From Guillardia theta CCMP2712 (taxonomy: Eukaryota > Protista > Cryptophyta), in assembly GCF_000315625.1 (NCBI RefSeq), contig NW_005434523.1, forward strand, positions 14,394-78,393: a stretch of 64,000 nt of DNA, given 5' to 3'. Below the pieces are notes generated by a model. That model saw only the letters and a list, made by a program, of their open reading frames with translations, ran no database searches and was not told the DNA's origin. Position 1 is the stretch's first letter. Each line of letters starts with the position of its first letter. Positions 12,093-26,145 of this stretch are shown piece after piece. The position numbers were made by a program, and so were the translations under genes.

Positions 12093-13674
12093 GCCGGGCT
12101 CTGGTGCTTGACCGACCGATACCGTTACGGTTGAGTAATAACTTGTAAAGGCCTTCCGATACCAGCCTGAGTTACTATAAGAGAACCGGCAAGTCCGGGC
12201 CCGGCCTGGCCCGGGAACTTGGCAAGACTTGTTTTTTTATTTTACTGATGCTTGACTAGTAGTAGGGGTGGGTACAGTCAATTCATTCGTGAGCAAAGGG
12301 TACATAATCTAGTCATTTGGGGGGGTAGGGGTCCAACCTGTTCAAGTTAATTTCAATGAAAGGGATGAGGTGGGGTGGGGGCGGAAGGGAGGGGTGGAAA
12401 GAAGCCGAAGGAGTAGGGTACGACGTCTTTGTTGCGTTATCAAGGTAGGTAGTAGAGGTATGCCCGACCTGACATCATGAATGTGATGGAGAGGGGGTAG
12501 GGTTATGAAGACACGGGTGCATGAAGGAAAACTTTCTTGATATTTAAGGGGTAGGGTAGTCTTTGGAAAAGGTGGGCAATGGAGGGGCAATGTGGGTGGG
12601 GGAATATATCCGACGCCAATTTCAACTTGATGGAATCCGTGGGGTGGGGTCTGATGATGTAGGGGTGACTATGTTGTGTTCCACTCGATCACCCGTACCT
12701 TTATCTACGAATTGGTAGGTGATGGACTGGAAATGTTATTTGAATTGGGGGTAGGGGTACTTTGTCAAAGGTAGGGGTAGTACAAAGCAGGATGTTTGAC
12801 CGTAGATGCTGTCGAAGGATTTGGTAAATGCGGGAAGAGGGAGAGAGGGAGAAAGTAAAATGCTCATGGGGCCAGGAACGAGCACAAGGAAGAGGGAGAG
12901 GAGGAGGAGAGAGAAGAAGAGGAACAGAAAGTCCATGTGAAGAGACAAGATACAAACAGCAGAGTCGAGCATCAAAATATGAGTGAGGATGTTGTGTTGA
13001 TGAGATTGGACAAGCGAGATCAAGAGCGCGCACAGGTTTGAAGATGAATGAGGATGGAGGAAGACAGTGAGATCAAAAGGGGCCCGAAGAGAGGCATAAC
13101 TCTCCTGGTTGTGACGGACGATGATATCGTGTAGAGATGCAAGGTGGTTCTAGGATGATGAGATCGTGTAGAGATGCAAGGTGGTTCTAAGAAGAATATG
13201 GAGTGAAGGATGTTGGAGAGAGAATGACAGGATGGACGATGGAGCGACTGTCTCTTTGCACGGAGAAGTGAAGCAAGAGAGATGAGAGGAGGTCAACTGA
13301 GCAAGCGGCACCAAGCCTTCGCTCCCCACACCTTCTTATTTTCTATGCTGTTGAAGCTGAATCATGAAGGCCTCGTGAGCTGAGGACTTGTTTTTGCAGG
13401 TTCAAGATGACAACTCTGGCAAACGAAGAAAGAATTCTAAGGTGTTGTCGACAAAACCACGTTGATGTTTAGAGAATTGATGAACTGACAGAGAAATGGA
13501 ACGACAACTGCCCTTGTTGCAACCATATGACAGTGGGGAGCCGGTTGTCCAAGGGGTAAGTGCTGTATGGATGGAGAGCTTGTTATGATTCTGTTCCTTT
13601 AGATCATTCAGATGCATGACTCGAAGAATGTCGCGACACCGAATGTATGTCGATGAACACAAGCTGGGGCAGGC

Positions 13675-13750
13675 GGGAGGGAGGGAGGGAGGGAGGGAGG
13701 GAGGGAGGGAGGGAGGGAGGGAGGGAGGGAGGGAGGGAGGGAGGGAGGGA
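13675..13750. repeat. (GGGA)n microsatellite
   Basis: Direct reading. Confidence 0.9.
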
Positions 13751-14514
13751 GAATATCAATGTGAATGTTGTAATTTGTAGATGGAAAGATCACGAAAGGA
13801 TGGATCGTTCTTGATGAGAGCTTCTAAAAGCCCGAGGAGGAGTTTTTCATCTCAAACTTCAGCTTTAACGTCCAGGTCAGCAAGGCCTCCCAGCGATCAT
13901 TGGTTGTTCTACGGGAGCCACAGGTGTATTGATGAGAAACTTGTTTCTCTCCGTTGAGATATGATGTTCAGATACAATGTTGAGAGAGACGTGGTGAAGG
14001 CGTATGAGAACCAGCTTCCGCTACTTTCCCTCGACGATGGGAACGCGGAGGAAGTACCCGGTACGAATGAGACTCGCGCGCCGTTGCTGCTGTTTTAGAT
14101 GTTCGTGTACTGAATCTTTTTCCAAACAGAGGATATGAAGGTGAGAAGTCACAATCAGTATGATAATCTCCGAAGAAGCCAATCGCCGAAGAGTATACCA
14201 AGTCCTCAAAGGTTGTTGAGTAGTGTTGAGTGTGTTTGCGTCATGGTGAATGTTTCTACCTCGTCGACATTGCGTTTGTTTTCCCCATCTTGTCCTTTTA
14301 CATTCTTCTTTATCCTTGTTGTGAGACATTTGTCCTATGACGCATCTCAGCACTCCACTGCACACATTGCGAATTGAATGAAATTGATTTTGTTTTTCAC
14401 AACTCAACATGAATTGTGCGAGTAAGAAACACAAGTGCAATGGAACGTTTTGTAATTTCAATCTGTTTTCGACAAGAAACACACGTTGTGAGTTGTCCTG
14501 ACACTTCTGCACCA

Positions 14515-15085
14515 GCCCAGACTCGCGCTCGTTGATCCGAATGAAAATCACTTTGTTAGACGAAGAATTCACAAACAACGAAAATTTGAGCAGACAGATC
14601 AAGGAAGAAATAGAAAACTTGCTGCCGTCGGTGGATCCTGAAAGAATATCTATCATCGTCAAATCAAAGAAGGATCTTGTCAATGTCGAGGTTCAAATTT
14701 TGGACGACCCACAGCAGACATTGGCCAGGGAGCTTTTGGCGTGCATTGAGGATGGAAAGGGAGGAGGAAAACTCCTTGCAAGCGTGCAGGTCGATCAGGT
14801 TTTGCCTGGTTTTGATTGCTTGTTGAAGTGTTTGCGTTAGGATCTGACTCTGGTCCAATCGAGAGCAGCATCACAAGCTCCTTCTCCTGTAATGATATTC
14901 ATGCGATAAGGCGACAATTTGAAGATCTTCTTGTACAGAGCAAAGACAATCTCGTCCGAAGTGAACATTCACAAGATAGGAACCCTTCGATGGTGAGAAG
15001 AAATCAGTTGAGATAGGATTGTGATGAAAGTTTGCTTTTGCAAATCAACAGGCGAATATTTCAGCATGGCATTCATGGCATTCAG
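14515..15085 (+). CDS. Exons of an unidentified multi-exon gene (may span ~13.2-15.6 kb)
   Basis: Protein-like ORF 14532-14798 (MKITLLDEEF...ERISIIVKSKKDLVNVEVQILDD) bounded by AG/GT and followed by further short GT-AG introns. No family recognised. Confidence 0.35.
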
Positions 15086-15671
15086 GTGATTTTTCACCCT
15101 CAACCTCTACTTCCTTCTTCCTCTAACGGATACAAACAAGTGACGAATCAAAACTTCAACTCGAGCATGAAGTAAGTGCAGTAGAAACGTATCTTTCTTT
15201 CTCCCTCTTCGTTTTCTTCCTCATCCTTCAGTTCTCCTTGTGTTCTACCTTCTCCCTGCCTCTTCTCCTGCAACTTGTAACTTGCATTCTCATTCCTCAC
15301 GTTATTCTTTCACAGAAGTTATGTGGATTCAACTTTCTCAAGTTCGACGCGCACAATCCCCATGGTACAGAAAATGTCAAGATGCGGATAACAATCTGAC
15401 GTTGTCCCCCTTCCCCAACCTCCTCTGATCCCCTCCCCTGTCTTGTTCTCCTCCTCCTCCTCCTCCTCCTCCTCCTCCTCCTCCTCCTCCTCCTCGCTTA
15501 CCCTCCCACTTCTTTCTCTCTCCTCCTTTCAGACTAAAAATTTGAACGCCAACATCCATCGCGTCAGCATAGGCCGAACCGTCTACGGAGACTGGGCTGG
15601 AGTCCTCATGCTACCAACAGGACAAGTGAGATTATTGTGATGAAATTCTGTTTGAAAATTTTAGAATTTAC

Positions 15672-15753
15672 TGCTGCTGATGCTGATTCTGATGCTGATG
15701 ATGCTGATGCTGATGCTGATGACGACGATGACGATGATGATGACGATGCTGCT

Positions 15754-15784
<31 letters not shown>

Positions 15785-15798
15785 ACGACGACGATGCT

Positions 15799-15842
<44 letters not shown>

Positions 15843-15937
15843 CCAGATAGAGATGGTGGTGGTGGTGTGGTGGTGGTGGTGGTGGTGGTGATGGTGATGA
15901 TGATGGAGATGATGACGATGACAACAAGACGACGATG
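15672..15937. repeat. (GAT/GCT/GGT)n microsatellite
   Basis: Direct reading. Confidence 0.9.
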
Positions 15938-16781
15938 AAAGTTGGCTTTGATTGTGATGGAGAAGGAGGTTGTGATTCATCATTTGACGATTTCTTTCTT
16001 TCAGATCTGCAGTAGAACGCCTGGACCAATTCGGATCGAGAAAGCCGGAAGCAACGTTGTGTTTGGATAGAAGAACAACATGAAGTGATGGAAAAGACAC
16101 GGGGTAGGCGGATGATGATTGGTAGGAGGAAGAGCATGAGGAACAGGAGGAAGAGGAGGAGGATGTGGAGGAGGAGGAGGAATGAATGTTTCTGATTGTT
16201 GCAGCCTTTCATTCCTGTATCTTCTTCCTCTTCGCTGCTCTTCCTCCTCCTCCCGCTCCGCTCCCTCCAAGAATCCGCCGATCCCACTCGTTCCTCGGCT
16301 TGTGCTTTATGGAAAACAGTCTCTCTGCTCGCTGACAAAAGAAAATCAACTTGATGTATCATTGTCAACACCATCACTACTTCCTGCTGCTGCTTCTGAA
16401 TCTGCTCTTCCTGCGCCTCCTTCTTCCCTCCTCCTCCTCCTCCTTCTCCTCCTCCTTCTCACCTCTTGTATTGTTCCCCCACACTTGAGTCCTAGGGCGA
16501 GACAAGTTTGCTTCAGCACCTCTCCTCCAAGTTCGATGAGGTCCTGTAGATGCTCGGCCAGTGAGAAGAGAAGAACAAACTTCCAACACCATAACATGTG
16601 TGCTAGCATCTGACACGGCAAAAACAAACAGGACAACACAAAATCTCTACATGTCACCTCAAGTGAGCAAACATCCTCTACACCAAAAACATGGGGGAGC
16701 GCAGAAAACATCAAAATCAACTTCATCTGCAAACACTGCTGATATCTAACCTCAACACTCTCGATTTCATTCGGCAGAGCG

Positions 16782-19700
16782 TCAAGCTGTCCGCACTGTA
16801 CCATCATCCTCGTCATACATGTCAGAACAGCAACGAGATCGAACCGTGATTGCAAACGGATGCTCGCTGATCGCCGTCCAGCTTTCTAGTTCAGCAGGTT
16901 GATCCTTCCCTATCCCCTTCCCTCCCTCCCTCTCTTCCTCCTCTCCCTTCTTCTTCTCTTCCTCCTCCTCCCTCCTCCTGTTCTCCTCCCACTTGTCCGT
17001 GTGCTCTTCTGCTTTGTCCTCCTTCTTGACATCTCTGTACAAAACCCTCGACACATGATTTTCATCACTCTTCTTAGCTTCCGATCCATCTTCTTTCTTG
17101 TCTTCTAAAATCTCTCTCTTCTCTTTCTCTCTCGGTTTGCAGTCTTCGACGTGTTGCAAATACTCTTCGAACGACATCAGGAGACTTTCCCGACACCTGG
17201 TGCAGGAGATCTTGTGTTGTAGTGGAGAATCGAAACCCCCCGCTACCATCTCTCCATCATACAAGGAAGCAAATCGTAATCCCGAGCAAACTTTAATCCC
17301 CCTGCAAACAGCTCGATGTCAGAAAGAACTGATGGTCGTGGTAGGTTTTCAGGAGATGACGATCTTGAAAACAATGACAAGGAGAAGGCGGCAGGAGGAG
17401 TATGAAGAGTATGAGGAGGAGGAGGAGATGGAAGAGGAGGAGATGGAGGAGGAGGAGGAGATGGAGGAGGAGGAGGAGAGTGGAGGAGAGTAGTTGTAGG
17501 AGGAGGAGGAGGAGGAGAAGGAGGAGGAGAGAAGTGGGGGTGATGGAGGAGCAGTAGAATGAATAAGGTTGAAGGAGAAGATCATGATAATGGGAGGAGG
17601 AAGGGAAGGAAGGATAGGAAGAAAGGAAAGAGCAGGCAAACGCGGGAAGGGAGGGAGGGAGAGAAGGAGGGAGGGAAAGAGGAAGGGAAAGAGGAAGGGA
17701 GGGAGGAAGGGAAAGAGGAAGGGAGGGAGGAAGGGAAAGAGGAAGGGAAAGAGCTTTTCTTGCATAATGAACGGCTCACTTACCCTTTCCTGCTCTGCAA
17801 ACTTCTTGCATCGATTTCTCCATCCTGTCCCACCATCGACCTCGCCTCCTGCATACACCTCTTCATCGTCATTGAGGTCTGCGGGAGGCCCCTGACGCTG
17901 GGGTAGAGGAGCTCCCACAGGACTTTGGATCGAGAAGGGACTCTGAAGCAGCAGGCGACGGTTTGTTCCATCATGGCAGCCAGCTGCTGCCTGAGCTGCT
18001 GATCGTCAAGGGTCTTCATGTCTTGAAGGTCTTTGACTAGCTGTTGCAACTTAGCGGGAAGGAGGTCGACAGCTGCTGGGTCGGGGAGCTCGTGAGTTGT
18101 GTCAGGTTGCTCCTCTCTGAACCTCCCAGATGGGGAGGAGAGGAGGGAGGAGAGCCGGTCGGCAAGGCAATGTCGGAGTATCTGTGTCAAGTACAGCATC
18201 TTGAGGGTGATGTCCCTCTTCGCAACCTCAACTTCCAACCAGTTATCGATGAGCAACCTGGTGCAGGACGCGTTGCAGTCGATGCTGTTGGAGCAGAACA
18301 GAACGATGACGAGCAGAGGGCACTTGGTTGTGTTCATCAGCCACATCTTGCTTGTCTCCAACAGCTGAGAGTAAATCAGCACATCTGACGCCCCGACGAC
18401 CGACGGGCAGGAGGAGTAGGCGCTGGTGGGATGCAGAAAGGTCTGCGGGGCCCCCTTGGTGATAAAGACAGCTTCCTCCGTCCTCCTCCTCACGTTCTCC
18501 GGGTCAGGCAGGCCGATCATAGGGTAGAAGGAGGTTGAGAGCGACAACTTGATCAGGTTCACCTGCTCCCTCCGCAAGTCGCGCATGCTCGCTTCTGACA
18601 TCTCCTGTAGGTCATGCGAGAGCTCAAAGTCCAGAGCTTTCAGGTCTACCTCCTCCTCCTCCTCCTCCTCCTCCTCCACCTTCCCCTCCCCCTCCTCCTC
18701 CTCCTCCTCCTCCTCCTCCTCGCCCCCCTTCTTCCTCTTCTTCTTGCCCACCATCGTCCTGAACCCTCCGTCCAGCGTCAGCACCCGCGTCTTCCTACTC
18801 GCGTCGCGCTGCTTCTGCAGCTTCTTGAGCTCCCTCCTCCTCCACCTTCCCTCGGGATCGCTCCTCCTCACCCTGTTCCGCGCCTGAACCAGCGTCTCCT
18901 CTTCCAGCAAGCTCGCATCCTTGAGCAGGGCCGCAAACTGCTCCTTCAGCCGCGTCATCTCATATAGCCTCTGCTCCTCCACCCCGTGCCTCCTGCTCCA
19001 CCTCCTCCCCGACTCCTTCCTCCCCTTCGCCAGGACCCACTCGTCGTACACGTTGAGGAGGGTAAACGGGTCCCCCTCCTCCGACATCAGCCTCCTCCTC
19101 TCCTGCTCCTCCTCCGCCCCCGGATCTAGCCGGAGGAACGGAGACTGTATGCTCATTCCAGCTGCTATCGTCATCATTTCATCCTCAAGCCCCAGCAGGC
19201 AGGACAGCACCAACATCTTCCCGATGCGAAGGTCGACAGGCAGCTGGGACAGGACGCGGCCAAGAGGCAGGATCCTCTCCTCCTCCTCCTCCTCGGTGAT
19301 GAGTTGGAGCTGGCGGAGGACAAGCATGGACGACTCGACGCTGTCTCGAGGAGGAGGTTGGACCCAGTCGAACGTCCTCGGGTCCCCCAGCCCGAGCTGC
19401 TTCATCTGGAGGAGGACGGAGTCGAGTGAGACGCGGAGGATCTCAGGGATGGAGAAGTCGAGCAGATAGTCGAACTGCTCCTGGGAGTAGAGCCTGTAGC
19501 AGACCCCTGGCCCTGTCCTCCCTGCCCTCCCCTTCCTCTGCTCCGCTGACGCCTTGGAGATCCAGTACTCCTGCAGGCTGTGGACCAGGACGCCGCTATC
19601 GTAGCCCATCTCCTTCCCCTTCCCGCTGTCCGCCACGAAGCGGATCCCGTCGATGGTGACGGAGGTCTCGGCGATGTTGGTAGACAGGATGCACTTCCTG

Positions 19701-21180
19701 ACCCCCGGGGGAGGGAGGTCGAAGACTTTGTCCTGCTCCTCAGCGGACAGCGCAGAATGAAGCTTCAGCACTATCCACCTCTTGGTCTCCCTCGCGTACT
19801 CTAGCAGGACGTCGTTGATCGCGTTGATCTCGTTGGAGCCGCTCAGGAAGACAAGCAGGTCCCCCCTCTCGCTCCTAGGGTACTGCTGGTCGATCAGCTG
19901 GAGGAGGAGCAGGTACGGCTTCGGGTCGATAGCCTTCTTCTTCTTGGTCTTGGCCGTCAGCCCCTTCACCCCCATGGCAGCGAAATTTCCCTTGCAGTCC
20001 TCCGCTCTTCTCACTTGCCCATCCTCGTCGAAGTCAACAGGGCGGTAGACGACTTGGATCGGGTAGAGCCGACCGGGGACAGTGATGACAACGGCATCGA
20101 GGTAGTCCCTGAACATGTTCGCGTTGATCGTTGCGCTCATGAGAACAAGCCGCAGGTCCTGTCTCCTCAACAGCAACATCTTGAGGATTCCCAGAAGAAA
20201 ATCTCCAGTCAAATGCCTTTCGTGTACCTCGTCCACAATGACGACGTCGTACTGCGAGAGAAGAGAATCTGCAGCTATCTGCCTTAGCAGCAATCCTTCT
20301 GTCAGGAACAATATCTTCGTCTTCTCCGTCCTGTTGGATTCGAAACGGATCTGATATGCAACCTGGCTCCCATACTCGTTCAGCATTTCACAGGACACCC
20401 TGTTGCAAAGAGAGATGGTGGAAATCCTTCTTGGTTGGGTACATGCAATCGATGTGAACCCTGCTTGAACCAGATACTGTGGGACTTGTGTAGATTTCCC
20501 ACACCCTGTGTCGCCGGCAATTAGAACAACCTGCGTTATCAAAGATGAGAAACGTGTTTGAGACATCATCATCATCTCCATCATCATCATCATCCTCATC
20601 ATCATCCTCATCCTCATCCTCATCATCGTATCCACCACCACCATCACCATCACCTTCGCCATCGCCATCCTCCTCCTCCTCTGACCTGATTGTTCTTCAC
20701 GGCGCTCACAATCTGATCTTTGAAAGCATAGATGGGCAGATCTCTCTGACTTTCTTTCATCTTCTTGATCTTGTTCAACGTCTTCCTCTGCCGAAAGTCT
20801 TCAAACATAATCAACCCTCTCTTCATCTCCTTCACTTCCTCCTCGCTCAACATGCTCCTCCCCCGATTCTTCACCATCACCGTGAAGTTGATCCTGTACC
20901 TCTTGTCATACCTCGCCGGCAAATCGTCAAGCATGTCCATAAGTCGCTTCCTCACTCCTTCCTCTCGGCATGCGAACGGCCTTGGCGGATCCCTAATCGT
21001 CCTCTCCCTCCTCTCCTCGACCTCCTGCTTCCTGTGCTTGCAGTATCTCTCGAAGAACTCCTGGAACTCGTGGAAGGAGGAGGAGGACGACTTTATCAAG
21101 GCCGCGTCCTCGCTGAACAATCTCTCAAGCTCCTCCAGACCTTGTTTGCTGCTGATGAAGTCCCACCTGACGTCCGACAT
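16782..21180 (-). CDS. DHX34: DEAH-box RNA helicase DHX34; exons 21180-20686, 20530-17784, 17301-16782
   Basis: Helicase motifs GDTGCGKST, TQPRRI, DEVHER, MSAT, STNIAETSVTIDGIRFVADSG and QRKGRAGR. DHX34-like N-terminus (RYDKRYRINF, LPIYAFKDQIV). After splicing the C-terminus reads KGGIKV...CTRC...HVEDC, like the DHX34 Cys/His region. Both GT-AG introns join in frame. Confidence 0.88.
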
Positions 21181-21199
21181 GCTGCCGATCTTCAATGCA

Positions 21200-21785
21200 G
21201 GAGGGCAAGGGAGGGGAGGGAGGGAAGGGATGGGAGGGGGAGGAGATGGCAGGAGATGGGAGGGGGAGGAGATGGCAGGTGATGGGAGGGACGGGAGGGG
21301 GAGGAGATGGGAGGGACGGGAGGGGGAGAAGGAAGGTGGGGCAGGGGAGGGAGGGAAAGGGGGAGGGGAGGGACGAGTTTGCAGGCGAGGGAGGAAAAAA
21401 AGTAGGAACCCGGTGTGTAGATGGCCGGAAGAGGGGGAGGGGAGGGGAGGGGAGGGGAGGGAGGGAGGGGAGGGAGGAGAGGGGAGGGGAGGGGAGGGGA
21501 GGGGAGAGGAAGGTGGGAGGGGAGGGGAGTGAGTGAGGGGAGGGAGGGAGAGGAGAGGAGGGAGGGAGGGGAAAGCAGGGAGGAAGGATGTAGAGGGCAG
21601 GGAGAGAGTTAGAGCGATGAAGAGGGAGAGGAGAGGAGGGATTCAGACGGAAGAGAGGGGAGGAAGGAAGGGAGAGGAAATCGGAGGGATGGATGTCAAG
21701 GAAGGAGGGAGGGAGGACAAGGGATTCGGCCTGGAAGTAGAGGAGGGGAGGAAGGTAGAGCAATGAAGAGGGAGAGGTGTAGAGG
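21200..21785. repeat. G/A-rich low-complexity tract (possibly a 5' intron of DHX34)
   Basis: GGGA/GGAG runs; polypyrimidine on the minus strand ending in AG just before the helicase exon. Confidence 0.7.
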
Positions 21786-21967
21786 GAGTAAAACGTCACA
21801 ATTTCATTCAATCAAAAAGAATCCCCCCTCCCCGCCTCCTCCTCCTCCTCGCCAGCACCATTGTTCTTATAATACAAGCTCCAATACCTATCCTCCTCTT
21901 CAAACATTGTGCAATCGTCGCTTTGCAGCGCCGACCATGCCCAGTTTCTGTCCATCACGTCAAGCTT

Positions 21968-22516
21968 TCAATCCACACGTTGATGACGTACCGCATGCAA
22001 GAATTGTTTGACGGCCGACTGCACACTCTGGTACTTCCCCATGGTGAACAGAAATCCGCCGATGGCGTTAAGAATGACCCCTGTGCGACATGTCATGTCA
22101 TGGTTGAACAAAAGATGTAAGCAGCAACACAAGACCATCAACATCACCTAAGATGTAAAGTGAGCTCGCGTGTACGTCTTTGGCAAGGAACTGCAACTTT
22201 GTCAATATGGAGGATGGTCTATGAACATGATTCTCAAGGTTTGATCGCAAGGAACAGAGTGAATTCGTAGTGGACAGGCACAGTTCAGCAGAACTTACAA
22301 AGAATCCGACGCCAGTCTGCTAGAAGTCAGCATCATCGCACAGCAAACAAAGTTTTCTTGCGTTCACCTGTGCTGCTGTCTTGATGTGGCCGACGAGTGA
22401 AGTCACAAGAGCAGAATTGTTGCGAATACAGAGGAACATCGAGTAGTTGAGGAAACATCTGCAACCACAGAATCAACCGTCCTCCTCCTCCTCCTCAGTC
22501 ACTCTCCTTCCCCCTG

Positions 22517-22604
<88 letters not shown>

Positions 22605-23669
22605 CTCATGTCCTAACATACCCAAGAAGAGTTGCTCCAGCTATTGTAAACTGCAAGCCCCAGGAGTAGATCCCTTTGTCCTGCCAATCATCATCATCTC
22701 CATCGAAATCATCATCATCATCATTTTCCGTCTCTATCATCATCATCTCGATCGTCGTCGTCGTCATCATCATCATATCCATACACCCTCCTCGTCCTCT
22801 TCCTGTTCCTCCTCCTCCCTCTCCCTCATCACACAATCAGTCACCAGGTAGCTGACATCAGCGCCAGGTCGGAGCTTCCACTCCAGGTACATCATGAACG
22901 AGAGGATCGGGATAGCAAGGAGGGAATTGTGAGCCAGCAGACCGAGGGTAGGATCTACCCCCTTGCCATAGTGGAACATTCCTCCCATCCCCTGTTTCCC
23001 CTTGTGCTTCGCCTCCACCAGTATGACGTAGAGGGCCTGTGTAACGTTGGACAGCATCGCCATCTGAAGGGCGGAAGGGGAGAGGAACAGGTCCGAAGAA
23101 CCGGCAAGCAAGGTTCCAAACACTATCGTCAAGACGCCGATGACGGTCATGGCTGATGTCTCCGATGCTTCACTGGCGCTACTGCTCGCGAGCTGCTCCT
23201 TCCCCGCCTCCTCGCAGGAGTCTTCCCTCGTTACTTTGACGGATACCAACGCGTCCTCTCCGTTGGAAGTTACCCCCTGTTTTTCTGTCCTACTTATCTT
23301 CTGCCTGTACTGAGATATGCACTTGGCAGCAGCTGAGATGATGATGATGAAGAGAGGAGCTGCTCGCTTGAGCACCCCGTATGTCGGGATGCTTGTAGCC
23401 TGCAGGCTTGCCAGGGCAAGGGCAGCGTTGGAGCAGTACAGGAATGAAACAGGCATGTGCATCATCAGCCCCTTCAAGGTGAAAGTAGGATATTTGGTGA
23501 CACCGATCATGTTCAGTCCCAACAGGGCAACTTGCATCAGCGACATCTGAATCACGAGCAGAAACAGAGGGAAGTTGTAGTTGTAAGTCTGCGAAAGAGC
23601 TTTGTTTGCAAAGGTCATGCAGCTAGAAACCAGCCCATAGAACACAGCACTCCCAAGCTCCTTGAACAT
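21968..23669 (-). CDS. Nucleotide-sugar transporter, SLC35D-like (TPT/DMT fold), multi-exon
   Basis: Multi-TM ORF 23669-~22860 (FYGLVSSCMTFANKAL...YNFPLFL...SIPTYGVLKR). Later exons give NYSMFLCIRNNSALVTSLVGHIK and GVILNAIGGFLFT, with a stop at 21968-21970. Confidence 0.8.
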
Positions 23670-24875
23670 TTCTTCCTATCCACTGGCCGATGACCGATCA
23701 CGCGATATCCAAAGGTTTTGTACACCCCTGAATGTTCCAGGGAGGATGCTGGGAGTGGAATCAACTCTTGCTCAAATTCCAGGTCATCCTCCGATTTTCA
23801 TCTACAGCATCTGAAAACCAACCACTACAGTTATGATAGTCAAATTCGCCCTCCTCTGCACCCCCCCCCCCCTCCTCTTCTACTCCCCTCTCTCTTCTAC
23901 TCCCCTCTCCTCTCTCTCTCCACTCTCTCTCCTCTCTCTCCCCCCTCTCTCCTCTCTCTCTCTCTCTCCTCTCTCCTCTCTCTTCCTCCCATCCCTTCCT
24001 ACTCTCACCCTCCCATTTCGCATCCCACCTGGACCCAAAAGCAGGGCAGCGGTATAACGGATACGAAACCGTCATGGATATGCATTGTAACTGCAATAAA
24101 ACTGTTAGTAACGTATTTGAAACGGTTCTGATTGGCGGCATGCTCGTGTGGTAATGAAGCCAAAGGTGAGGAGGGGAGGGAAGGAGGAGGAGGAGGAGGA
24201 GGAGGAGGAGGAGAGGAAGAAGCGATGAATACTGTGGAGAAGAGGGACGAAGGGACGAAGGAAGTGGAGGAGAAGGTGGGAGGATGGTGGGGAAGGAGCA
24301 ACGACGAAGGGAGGGAGAAGGGACAGGAGAGAGGGAGCGAGGGAGGAGGAAGGACTGAGTGAATGAAGGGCAAAGAAGCAGAAGAAGACCAAGGCATCAA
24401 GGTTACTGGGAAAGAAGGATAGGCCGAAGGAAGATAAGATGGACGATAGTAGCATGCGAGAGAAGCGACATTGCCAAAATAGCACCAGGGTCCCATGGGA
24501 CGGACATTGAAGTTGTATGGTAGAGCAGTGAAGATGTTGGAGAAACTTCTGTGTTGAGAGTGTTTGATGACATCGCTTGCCTTCTCTGAGATGATTGTCG
24601 CTGTTACTATTTGTGAAGAGCGGCATTTCCCACATTCTTGCCCCTCATTTCTCAGCTAGAGAGGGCGGTGTGAGGGGGTACGACCATGGCACACGGCAAC
24701 GCGTGCATGGAGACATGTCGGCCGATGTTTTCAGACAAACATCAAGATGTCTGCACTGCAAGTGAACTCACTCTGCTCCTAGATGGACGCGGGATAAGGA
24801 GCTTTCTTTGGATCGCTAAAGAGTTTCGGGCCTGCACCTGATTGTCTTCCCCGCGCATTTTTCATAGTCCCTGCC

Positions 24876-26145
24876 ATGGAGGCCAACCTGTTGGAAGCAG
24901 GGACGTCTATGGACAGCCTTTGCATTGAGGCAGGGCAGCGGAGCCCGAGGTTGGATCGGAGCAAAGAGAAGAAACAAAAGCGAGGAGTCACTTTCAAGAC
25001 CTGCTCACTGCCTGGCTGGCCTGCAGGGCTTCAGTACACGCATACTCCAGGTCCCTCTCCCTGCTCTTCTTCTGACCGTCTCTATGTCCCTGTGGACCGT
25101 CTTACCTCCTGCCTCTGTCTCCGCATGCTTCCCCTTCTCTTCCTCATCCTATTCCTCTTCGTCTTCGTCTTCGTCTTCGTCTTCGTCTTCCTCGTCTTCT
25201 TCCTCATCCTCGTCACCTTCCTCCATCGCTCGCTCCGGCTTCCTCCGCACCTCCTCTTTCTCCGCTGACTCCGCTCTCACCTCCCAGACCTAGCTGGACT
25301 CTCACCTGGCGACCGGAGGCTGATCCGTATGGACTACCTTCCGGGAGTTACCATCAAGAAGATAGACGACAGGGCCCACCCGGCCTACGGACAGAATGGC
25401 CTCTTCGCCTCCATGGAGTTCACAGTTGGGGATGTGCTGGGGGAATACACGGGGAAGATTGTGCCTGGACACTGCGGAGGAAACTATGTAACACGGCTCT
25501 GGAACTCGGGGCATGACTCGGACTATTTTCGTCCTGGAGTGGATGCGGAGGTGATGGGGAACGAGCTTCGGATGATCAATGACTATCGGAGCGTTCCTGG
25601 GGCCACCGGGCCAAATTGCAAGTTTTCTAGGACGACCTTGAGAGGGTACAGAGCAGCCCTGATTGTAGCTATCAGGTTGAGACGATGCTTGTTATGCTGT
25701 TGGAGTTGCCTTCTTGATGTTGATATTCCTTTGACTCGTCCCTGACCTGCTCGCTCGCTCGCTGTCCCTTCCTCCTCTCGTTTCTTTGTTTGCATGACAT
25801 GTCATCCGCGAGCTTTCTTCGTGATCTTGCACTGAGTCTTGCTTTTGTTGGATTGCAGGAATGTCGCGCCAGGCGAGGAATTCTTGCTGGACTATGGCGA
25901 GGTTTACTGGCATGGCTGGCGGCCCTCTCACACTCACTTCTCTGGCGAGTCAGAGGAGACGTATGAAGGTAGATTTTTCTAGTACCTCATTCCCTTTCTC
26001 ATGCTTACTGCGACTGGCAGACGGTTCTTCCCAGAATCTTGAAGAGAGGGCGGTCAGTGCTGTGCTGCCCGAGGACCTTGAGGCTCTAGAGAACGAGCTT
26101 CGTGAGATGGTGTCGCAAGCGACCGAGGAGTCTGTAAGGGCATAG
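24876..26145 (+). CDS. SET-domain lysine methyltransferase; introns 25051-25287, 25676-25858 and probably one near 25969; start uncertain
   Basis: Spliced product has PGWPAGLQY, HPAYGQNGLFA, GEYTG, GNELRMINDYR, PNC and GEEFLLDYG, which are the SET signature motifs. Confidence 0.85.

Noticed and set aside
20533-20668. Met-rich N-terminus of the 962-aa helicase ORF
   Set aside because: Lies in the microsatellite intron 20531-20685; the true N-terminus is the upstream exon.
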